Made by a program: the position numbers and the translations under genes
In this document: positions 41,889-49,582 of the stretch, piece by piece
How positions within the stretch are numbered: the stretch's first letter is position 1
Layout: the number at the start of each line of letters is the position of its first letter
Notes under the pieces: generated by a model
Told to the model about the DNA's origin: nothing
What the model saw: the letters and a program-made list of their open reading frames with translations, nothing else
The model's database searches: none
Assembly (NCBI GenBank): GCA_035411585.1
Contig: DAONTI010000010.1
Coordinates: 47,370-111,369 of the forward strand
Source of the DNA: Verrucomicrobiota bacterium
Lineage (GTDB): Bacteria; Verrucomicrobiota; Verrucomicrobiia; Limisphaerales; MWDV01
DNA length: 64,000 nucleotides
Reading direction: 5' to 3'

Positions 41889-44800
41889 ATGAAGTGCGTT
41901 TCAAGCTTGGAGCAAACGGCGGCTGGCCGGGCCGCCGGGTTTTTGTTTTTCCGACCGGGAAGATCTCGAGGATGGCTGGCGGCCATGATAGCGGCGGCGC
42001 TCAGCTTTTCTCCCCAGGCCGTCGCCGAGCCGGTTCATCATGGCGTGGCGGCCGGGCGGCTGGTGGTTTCCCAGGTACCGGGCTTGGATGATAACACCAA
42101 CGCCGTCGTCACCCTGGCGCAATCCATCAACAATTTCCAAATCGGCAGTTACAACCGGGGCGATTACGCTGTGCGCATCGGCGTGGGGATGCTGGCTGCG
42201 GAGGACAGCGCCCGCGGGGTTTTGATGGCGTCGGTGGCCGAGAACGGACGGAATAACTTCGGGACCAACGGTTATCCGACCTGTTCCATGGAAGGGAATT
42301 CGGCCGGCGCGTTGCGGATCTCAACCGCGTTGGGCGGCAGCGGCGGGGAATACAACGTCAATGTCGCCGGAGCGTGGTTTCCTTATGACCGCTATCTGGC
42401 CGGTTGGGCGCGCAACGCGAACGCCATCAATGGCGGGACCAATGACCTGCTCACCGCGTCGCCCGGAATCGTGTTGGGCACGCATTTTCGAGGCGTGGCG
42501 AGTGGCCGGTCGGTGGTGGATTTGCGGAGTTTCGGCGTGGATGCGCGCCAGGACGGAGTCTTGTTGGTGACGCATGGGAAGGACGAAGGCAATTTTGCGC
42601 TCTCGCAGGTCAACCCCGTGAATGGGACCTGGAATGTTTTTGTCCGCGACAACGCCCAAGCCACATACAGCAAATACGAGCAGGATCCGGTCGCGTTTGT
42701 GTTCATTCCCAAAACCAATGCCGCGCTCATTTCCGGCCGCTTCAACGGCGACGGCAGCATTGACCTGTTCAGCGGCGTGAGCCCGCGGTTCTCGGTCACC
42801 AACATCGGGACGGGCCGCTGGCTCTTGCGGATGCGGGGCTACACGCCGGCTGAGGGTGTGCTGATCATCTCGGCCGAGGGCGGCGGCAGTCTGAACGGCG
42901 ACAACGTCGTCAGCTACGAGATCACGCCGGACGGGGAGGCGTGGGAAATCCAATCGCGCGACACCCCGGGCATGGGCTTGCAAACTCCGGTGGGTGCGGC
43001 GGGACAACCGGAGGCGGTGGCTTCGTTTGTCTTTATTCCCGCGCCGACTCCCGGAGTGACCGTGACGCCCACCAACAACCTGGTGACCCGGGGCGATGGC
43101 GGCACGGCGACGTTCGCCGTGGTGTTGCATTCGTCGCCGGCCACCAATGTTCACATTCAACTGACATCGAGCGATCCCGCGTTGGGCCGGCCGACCCCGG
43201 CGACGCTGACGTTCCGCTCCACCGATTGGCATTTGCCCCAAACCGTCACCGTCACGGGCGGGGACGCGCTCACGCCCGGCGCGGTGCCGTACCATATTTT
43301 ATTATCGCCGGCAGCCAGCGGGGATGCGGCCTATCGGGGATTGAAACCGGAGGATGTCGCCGTGGTTTATCTTCCCGCGCCGGTGGCGGTGATTACGCCT
43401 CCCCCCGGCGCGCTGAATATCAGTCCTTCGCCCATGCTGACCGTGGTGGCCACCAATCCCGCGCCCGAGGCTCTGACGGTGACGTTTTATGGGCGGGAAG
43501 TGACGGAGACCTTCCCTGGCCCGGATTTCTGCATCGTCGCTTTGCCGGACACGCAAGTTTACGTGGCGGAAAAACGGGGGGCGAAGAAAGAGATGTTCAT
43601 CGCCCAGACGGAATGGATTGTCACCAACCGGATCGCGCGCAATATCGCCTACGTCGCCCAGTTGGGGGATATCGTGAACGACGGTGATATTTATCAGGGC
43701 CAGCCCAATCTCACGCAGTGGCGCAATGCGACGAATGCCATGTATCGCCTTGAGAATCCCGTGCGCACCCTCCTGACCCACGGCATTCCCTATGGCGTGG
43801 CGGTGGGAAACCACGAACAACAGCCGCGCGGCGACCCCACCGGCACCACCTATTTTTACAATCTCTTTTTCGGCCTGCCGCATTTCAGCGGACGGCCGTA
43901 CCACGCCGGGCATTACGGGACCAACAACAACAATCACTTCGATTTTTTCAGCGCCAGCGGCTTGGATTTTGTGGTCCTGTATTTCGAGTACGACCAGGGC
44001 GCGAATCCCGCCGTGCTGGCTTGGGGGAGCGAGGTGCTCCGCACCAACGCCCATCGCCGCGCCATTGTGGTAACCCATCATGTGGGCAATTCCCAGACCC
44101 CCAGCAGCTTCAGCCTGCAGGGCAGCGCGATCTATAACGCGCTCAAGGGCCACACCAACCTGTTTCTCATGCTGGGCGGGCACATCACCGGCCAGGGCTC
44201 GCGGCAGGACATCCACAACGGCAATATCGTGCGCTCGCTGGTGGCGGATTACCAGGGGTGGGCCAACGGTGGCAACGGGTTCATGCGGATCATGGAATTC
44301 TCGCCCAGCAACAATCTGGTGGTCGTGCAAACCTATTCCCCGTGGACCAAAGAATACCTGACCGACGAACACAGCGAGTTTTGGTTCGATTACCCGATGC
44401 AGCCGGCGGGGACGGGTCCGGCGGGCACGGCTTTTGTCCCGCTGGGTACGAACACGAATGTGACGCCGGGCAGCCGGACCAGCCTCGCCTGGCCCAGTCG
44501 GCGCCCCAATCAGAATTACGAGTGGTTTGTGACGGTCACCGATGCCGCCCAGAACACTTGGACGAGCCGTCTCTGGAGGTTCACCACCACCGTGACGAAT
44601 ACGCCGCCGGTGTTGACGAACCGCAGCCTGACCCTCCAGGGGGACACGCCGACCCGTTTGCTGTTTCAGGCGATGGATGTGAATCAGGACCCACTCACGT
44701 ACCACGTGATCGTCGCCCCCACGCGGGGTTTGATGCAGGATTTTGATCCGGTGACGGGGTCGTTTCTCTATGTGCCCGCGCGCGGCTTTCGCGGGATGGA

Positions 44801-45296
44801 CCGCATCACCTATCGGGCGCGCGATGGCCAGGCCTTCAGCGGCATAGCCACGTTGAACCTGAATGTCATCGCGCCGCCGGACGCCAATGGCAACGGCTTG
44901 CCGGACGCCTGGGAATTGTATTACGGCATCACCGATCCCGAGGCTGATGACGATGACGACGGCCTCAGTAATCGTCAGGAGTATTGGGCCCATACCAATC
45001 CCACGAATGCCGCTTCCGCTTTCCGGATTCTTAACGCCGCGTGGCAGCCCAGCGGGCACTTTGCGTTGACCTGGGCCTCCGTGGGCGGCGTGCGGTATCG
45101 GGTGCAATACACCGATGCGACTCATCCGGCCGGTGTGGCCGGGACCTTTACGGACCTGCAACGGGGTATTGAGCTCGAGATGGACGCGGGCCCGGCGGGG
45201 GTGGAGTCCACGCAAACTTTTGCCGATGATTTCACCCACACCGGCGGCCCGCCCGCGCGTGGCGCCCGCTATTATCGCGTGCGGATTGCTCCGTGA
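41889..45296 (+). CDS. giant secreted metallophosphoesterase, paralog of 29205..32288 (with one extra Calx-beta-like repeat)
   Basis: 1135 aa. It has the same N-domain and one Calx-beta-like repeat (GVTVTPTNNLVTRGDGGTATFAV...). MPE motifs: IVALPDTQ, QLGDIV, VGNHEQ, VVTHH, LGGHITG. The acidic segment reads NGLPDAWELYYGITDPEADDDDDGLSNRQEYWAHTNP. It ends ARYYRVRIAP. By eye, well over half of aligned residues are identical to the 29205 protein. Confidence 0.9.
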   Translation: MKCVSSLEQTAAGRAAGFLFFRPGRSRGWLAAMIAAALSFSPQAVAEPVHHGVAAGRLVVSQVPGLDDNTNAVVTLAQSINNFQIGSYNRGDYAVRIGVGMLAAEDSARGVLMASVAENGRNNFGTNGYPTCSMEGNSAGALRISTALGGSGGEYNVNVAGAWFPYDRYLAGWARNANAINGGTNDLLTASPGIVLGTHFRGVASGRSVVDLRSFGVDARQDGVLLVTHGKDEGNFALSQVNPVNGTWNVFVRDNAQATYSKYEQDPVAFVFIPKTNAALISGRFNGDGSIDLFSGVSPRFSVTNIGTGRWLLRMRGYTPAEGVLIISAEGGGSLNGDNVVSYEITPDGEAWEIQSRDTPGMGLQTPVGAAGQPEAVASFVFIPAPTPGVTVTPTNNLVTRGDGGTATFAVVLHSSPATNVHIQLTSSDPALGRPTPATLTFRSTDWHLPQTVTVTGGDALTPGAVPYHILLSPAASGDAAYRGLKPEDVAVVYLPAPVAVITPPPGALNISPSPMLTVVATNPAPEALTVTFYGREVTETFPGPDFCIVALPDTQVYVAEKRGAKKEMFIAQTEWIVTNRIARNIAYVAQLGDIVNDGDIYQGQPNLTQWRNATNAMYRLENPVRTLLTHGIPYGVAVGNHEQQPRGDPTGTTYFYNLFFGLPHFSGRPYHAGHYGTNNNNHFDFFSASGLDFVVLYFEYDQGANPAVLAWGSEVLRTNAHRRAIVVTHHVGNSQTPSSFSLQGSAIYNALKGHTNLFLMLGGHITGQGSRQDIHNGNIVRSLVADYQGWANGGNGFMRIMEFSPSNNLVVVQTYSPWTKEYLTDEHSEFWFDYPMQPAGTGPAGTAFVPLGTNTNVTPGSRTSLAWPSRRPNQNYEWFVTVTDAAQNTWTSRLWRFTTTVTNTPPVLTNRSLTLQGDTPTRLLFQAMDVNQDPLTYHVIVAPTRGLMQDFDPVTGSFLYVPARGFRGMDRITYRARDGQAFSGIATLNLNVIAPPDANGNGLPDAWELYYGITDPEADDDDDGLSNRQEYWAHTNPTNAASAFRILNAAWQPSGHFALTWASVGGVRYRVQYTDATHPAGVAGTFTDLQRGIELEMDAGPAGVESTQTFADDFTHTGGPPARGARYYRVRIAP

Positions 45297-45345
45297 TTCC
45301 GCCGGTTGATCTGGATTCAGCCGCGGCGTTGATCGGCGGACCGGT

Positions 45346-45888
45346 TCAAGGTTGGTTCAGAATCCAGTGCGCGGCACGGGGTAAATCGTCCACCACGATC
45401 GCGGGCGATCCGGCGGGCAGTTGCGCGGCTTCCTGTTGTCCGTAACCGGTGCGAACCAGCAGGCACGCTTTCACCCCTGCCCGCCAACCGCACTCCAAGT
45501 CAATCCGTTTGTCGCCAATCAAGTAACTGCGCGCGAGGTCCACGCCGAATTCATCGCGCGCGTCGAACAGGAACTGTGGCGAGGGTTTGCGTCCGCGGCT
45601 CGGCTGATCCGGCGCTTCGGGCGCGACATACACGTGGGTGAACCGCACTCCGTGGCGCGCAAATTCTTCGGCAACCCGGCGGTTGACGCGTTCCACGTCC
45701 GCGAGGGTGAAATATCCGCGACCCACGCCGGATTGATTCGTCACCTGGATCAAATGAAATCCGGCATCCTGTAATTGCCGCAGCGCCCCGCCCGCGCCGG
45801 GCAGGAGCGCCACGTCTTCGGGGCGGTGCAGATAATGGCGTTCCTCGATGAGGGTGCCGTCGCGATCAAGAAACACGGCGCGTATCAT
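45346..45888 (-). CDS. gmhB: HAD-IIIA phosphatase, D-glycero-D-manno-heptose-1,7-bisphosphate 7-phosphatase-like
   Basis: AVFLDRDGTLIEE (DxDGT), VTNQSGVGRGYF, GRKPSP and LIGDKRIDLECG are GmhB/histidinol-phosphatase-type HAD motifs. ATG 45888 was chosen; the ORF is open to 45921. Confidence 0.75.
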   Translation of the reverse strand: MIRAVFLDRDGTLIEERHYLHRPEDVALLPGAGGALRQLQDAGFHLIQVTNQSGVGRGYFTLADVERVNRRVAEEFARHGVRFTHVYVAPEAPDQPSRGRKPSPQFLFDARDEFGVDLARSYLIGDKRIDLECGWRAGVKACLLVRTGYGQQEAAQLPAGSPAIVVDDLPRAAHWILNQP

Positions 45889-46095
45889 GGTCGTATCGGT
45901 GGGGATTCTGGGGAAGCGCACCGGAATGAAAACTCTTTTCTCCCGTTATCCGAGACCGCGTACGGCGGGAAATGTGTTTTCCCCACCCACCGAAGCGCAG
46001 CCGCAAGGGCCATCTCGGAAACGGCCTGTGGCTGGTTTTCCCGTTCAGGCGATTGTTTTCACCCGGGGTGGGCGGTCCAAAATCCGAACAACGAA

Positions 46096-46121
46096 GAAGG
46101 GCGGCTGGAAAGCCGCCCTTC
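46096..46121 (-). terminator. rho-independent terminator candidate for the 46161..48281 gene
   Basis: Perfect 10-bp stem GAAGGGCGGC / GCCGCCCTTC with a 6-nt loop, 40 nt downstream of the stop on the minus strand. On that strand it is followed by the T-rich TTCGTTGTTCGGATTTTGG. Confidence 0.6.
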
Positions 46122-46160
46122 GCTGGATTCAACTGACCATCGCTGTTGGGCGAGGGCCGG

Positions 46161-48281
46161 TTACGGCGCAGGTGACCAGAACAACCGGAAATAGCGCTGG
46201 CTGTCGGAAGGCGACACTGTATATCCCGTGTTCGACGCTTCCGGCACTTCCGTGAACGGTCCGTTGACGGTCGGCGCGGCCTCCAAGATGAAGACGGGAT
46301 TGCCCCAGCTCAAGGTCAACTGGCCTGCGGCATAGGTCGCAACCAACGCCTCGGCTGCGGGGGTGCTGGGCTCCCACACATCGCTCCATTGCGAGCCGAT
46401 CTTGAGATCGTCCACCCAGAGCGTGGGCGTGCTGGGGCCGTCCGCCTGGCGGAAGCTGTACCAATAAAGCGTGATGGGCGTGGTATTATCAACGGCGGTG
46501 ACGCCGCCGACGGCTTCGGCGGTCGGATTAACCCAGAGAGTGCTTTCCGCCGTATCCACGTTATAGCGGGTCAGCACCAGGTAGGTGGTGTTCAACTCCA
46601 GGTCCTGCGGCACGCCGGCCAGCACGAACCCGCCGTTGGAGATGTGGAACCGGAATTTGCCGGGCGCCGCGCCGTTGGTAGCGGCAAACACCCGCGCGCG
46701 GAAGCCGGTGCCAATATCGCGGTAATGGGCAAAGTAATTGCCGTTGTTTCCGGTCGGCAAAGTGGCCAGGTTCACTTTGAACGCGCTGTAAAGCACGATG
46801 CCGTTGTCCACCGGCTGATAGAAGTTTGAGAAACCCCGGCTGATGTCTTCCGAATCCCCCGCTTTCAGATGCAGCCGGCCTTCCACCACCTGCGTTTGTC
46901 CCGTTGCGCCCGTGCCGGCACTGTGGGTGAACCAGCGGTTGAAGGAATTTTCGATGATGCTGCCGTCGTCGTAGGAGAAATCCTCGTCCAACACGAGGCC
47001 GAACTTGGGATGGAACGTCACCTTGAAACTCGTGGGAATGTCCCAGGTGCCGTCGCTCACGGTCAGGGTGATGGTCGCGGTGCCCGCCATGTCGGGCTGG
47101 GGCGTGATCGTCACCGTGCGGTTGGCGCCGCTGCCCTGGACCTTGATGTTGCTGCTGGGAATGACGGCTTCATTCGAGGAGGTGGGCGTCACCACCAGAC
47201 TGCCCGGCGTTTCGACGTCGGTCACGGTGAAGGCCAGCGGCCCAATGACCGTGTTTGTGGGACCAAACTGGTTGGCCAGCGCGGAAATGGCCGGCTCGCC
47301 CACATAAACCTTGAAGCTGTTGGTCGCGGTTTCATTGTTGCCGTCGGTGACGACCACTTCGATTTGCGCCAGACCCTGCTGGCCGGTGGCGGGAGTGACC
47401 GTGAGCGTGCGGTTTTCGCCCGCGCCGCCAAAGGTGAGATTGGCCGGATTGTTCGGCACCAGGGCGGGATTGTCCGAGGTGGCGGTGACCACCAAATCAC
47501 CGGCGGGCGTCTCGACATCGCTCACCAGGAAAGCCAGCGGCTCGGTGGCGGTGTTCCACGGCAGGTGAACGTCCACCAGACCGGAAATGGACGGCGGACC
47601 GCCAATGGTTTGCACGTCGGCGAACGTCGTGCCGATCCGGAGATCGTCCAAAGTCAGCGTCCCCATCCCATTCCCGCTGGAGAGTGACTGGCGCAGGCAT
47701 ACCGAATGAAGAGGAACGGCTGAGGTGTTATCGTTGGCGTCGGCGCGGTTCGCGCTGCTGGCCTCGGAGGTCGGGTTAATCCACAAAGTGGAGTTGGTGC
47801 CGTTGATGATCCGCACCACCAATTTGACATCCGTATTCAAATCCAGATCCGTGGGGATGACGACCGGCGCATTGCCGCCGTTGGCGATGCCCACGCGGTA
47901 CGTGCTTCCGTTGGGGACCGCGAATACGCGCGCCCGAAACATCGTCGTTCCCGTGTCCCGATAATGCCAAAAATAGCCGCCCGTTCCCACCGGCGGCATG
48001 GAGAAATTCACCACGAAACTGGCAAAAAGGACCCCTTCGCCGGAGTACGGTCCGCCGGGCAGCCCCGCACTGACATCCTCGGCTTCTGACTGGGTGAGAT
48101 TTACCTTGCCCGAGGCAACGTCAACTTGTTCGGGTGCTCCGCTATGGTTGGTCCACACCCCGCCCGAAACTAAAATGAGACTGCCGTCGGGGTAATCAAA
48201 AGGTTCATTCCAGATTAACGCGCCCGGCGCCAGCGAAGCCGCGCCCACCAAGGCCATCAGAGGAAGAAATATGCGTTTCAT
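46161..48281 (-). CDS. secreted protein: two LamG-like jelly-roll domains flanking two Ig/cadherin-like domains, C-terminal YFRL domain
   Basis: 706 aa with signal peptide MKRIFLPLMALVGAASLAPGA. D1 (aa ~21-224) spans LIWNEPFDYPDGS...STLWINPTSEA...LDDLRIGTTFADV. D2 (aa ~428-636) spans LVLDEDFSYDDGS...STLWVNPTAEA...VDDLKIGSQWSDV. Ig-like repeats with FLVSDVETPAGDL / FTVTDVETPGSL lie between them. The protein ends SQRYFRLFWSPAP. Confidence 0.85.
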   Translation of the reverse strand: MKRIFLPLMALVGAASLAPGALIWNEPFDYPDGSLILVSGGVWTNHSGAPEQVDVASGKVNLTQSEAEDVSAGLPGGPYSGEGVLFASFVVNFSMPPVGTGGYFWHYRDTGTTMFRARVFAVPNGSTYRVGIANGGNAPVVIPTDLDLNTDVKLVVRIINGTNSTLWINPTSEASSANRADANDNTSAVPLHSVCLRQSLSSGNGMGTLTLDDLRIGTTFADVQTIGGPPSISGLVDVHLPWNTATEPLAFLVSDVETPAGDLVVTATSDNPALVPNNPANLTFGGAGENRTLTVTPATGQQGLAQIEVVVTDGNNETATNSFKVYVGEPAISALANQFGPTNTVIGPLAFTVTDVETPGSLVVTPTSSNEAVIPSSNIKVQGSGANRTVTITPQPDMAGTATITLTVSDGTWDIPTSFKVTFHPKFGLVLDEDFSYDDGSIIENSFNRWFTHSAGTGATGQTQVVEGRLHLKAGDSEDISRGFSNFYQPVDNGIVLYSAFKVNLATLPTGNNGNYFAHYRDIGTGFRARVFAATNGAAPGKFRFHISNGGFVLAGVPQDLELNTTYLVLTRYNVDTAESTLWVNPTAEAVGGVTAVDNTTPITLYWYSFRQADGPSTPTLWVDDLKIGSQWSDVWEPSTPAAEALVATYAAGQLTLSWGNPVFILEAAPTVNGPFTEVPEASNTGYTVSPSDSQRYFRLFWSPAP

Positions 48282-48434
48282 AAATGTTTTAGAGTATCAG
48301 AGCGTGTTTGGAGTTGCGGTTTAATTTGGATCAATGTTGCGCCTATTATGCGGGCGGCGACGGGGCTGGCAAGGAGAACCTATTCACATTTCCCCCTACG
48401 CCGGCCGGGGCCGGTCGCGCGCGCGCGGCGGATG

Positions 48435-49259
48435 TCAGTTGGGCGTGTTTGCGGTGGGATACCAATACATCCGCCGCTCAATGGCCCATTCCGTGCTGGC
48501 GCTGTTGGATTCCGCCGTCGTGCGCAGGAAATCGTTGGTGCGCGCCACGCGGCCGCTGCCGTCGGCCATGGCGAAGTTGCCGCGCAGATCGTGCCGCGCC
48601 ACGGCGTACTGGCCGGTGACATTGGATTGGGCGGGCGAGGCGTTCTGCGGGGAATTCGGGTCCACTTCCGCCACGAGGACGGTGTCCACCGGTTTCTGGA
48701 TGTTGACGAACTTGGTATTGCTGATGCCCAAAGTGGCACGGGTCGAGCGGTTGATGCAAAGCCGGCCATTCTCGCCGTACATGAACACCGCCCGGCTGAA
48801 ATTGGGCGGATTGGGGTAGGGCATCGCCGCGCGGTTGAGATCCGGCGTGCTGGGACAGGAGAACACGCTGCGCGTGGTGGGCACCGGCGGTTCGGGCGGC
48901 GTGCGCATGTACAAATCTTTGAGACGGGGCTGGCTGATATAAGAGGCCACGGTGTTGTACCAGGCTTCCTCATTTTGGGGGTCAATGATCGGCACCACCG
49001 TGTTGCCTTCCTCGGGGACAAAATCGTTGTGGTCATCGGCATACATGCGAAACCCGAGCGACCATTGCCGCATGTTACTAAGGCAACTGGTGGCCTGGGC
49101 TTTGCTCTTGGCCTTGGACAACGCGGGGAGCAGCATCGCGGCCAGGATGGCGATGATCGCAATGACCACGAGCAATTCAATCAGCGTAAACGCCCGCCCC
49201 GGGCGGGAATAACGCGTCGGCATACAGCGGACGAGTGGCATAGTCGAACTTGTTTGCAT
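48435..49259 (-). CDS. prepilin-type N-terminal cleavage/methylation domain protein with canonical H-X9-DG tail
   Basis: [46 protein letters not shown], and C-terminal [16 protein letters not shown] (H, nine residues, DG). The start is one of ATG 49259/49241/49223; the listed ORF is open to 49520. Confidence 0.9.
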   Translation of the reverse strand: MQTSSTMPLVRCMPTRYSRPGRAFTLIELLVVIAIIAILAAMLLPALSKAKSKAQATSCLSNMRQWSLGFRMYADDHNDFVPEEGNTVVPIIDPQNEEAWYNTVASYISQPRLKDLYMRTPPEPPVPTTRSVFSCPSTPDLNRAAMPYPNPPNFSRAVFMYGENGRLCINRSTRATLGISNTKFVNIQKPVDTVLVAEVDPNSPQNASPAQSNVTGQYAVARHDLRGNFAMADGSGRVARTNDFLRTTAESNSASTEWAIERRMYWYPTANTPN

Positions 49260-49582
49260 TTCCCGGTGCGCATCGCCGCGTCCCGGCAACGTCACCAAAG
49301 TCGTCCGTAGCATAGGGGAGGCGTCCACCCAAAGCAAGCGGCGCGGGTTGTCGTAAGCCAGACGGACGGTCACCGACGAAAGGTTGGGCCGGGAAGCCGC
49401 ATTTGGCGGCTCCAGACGGGGCAAATGCCGGCTGCGCAGCCGCGGCTTGACTTGTCGGTGGGGGCAACTCTTAATGCTCCCGCGCGCGGCGGGTTGGATT
49501 GCGTTTGGTCCCGTCGCCACCCAGTGATGAAGCGAATTTGCATTGAAACATCAGCTCTCCCCATCCCGGGCCGCTCACTGCC

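Noticed and set aside
43302-45239. 645-aa minus-strand ORF antisense to the third giant gene
   Set aside because: Shadow ORF with no motifs; the sense strand carries clear metallophosphoesterase and YYRV domains.
48348-49310. ORFs 48348..49310(+) and 48380..49180(-) overlapping the pseudopilin-like gene
   Set aside because: They are in alternative frames or antisense to a gene with an unmistakable prepilin N-terminus and H-X9-DG tail, and their composition is Arg/Gly/Pro-rich.
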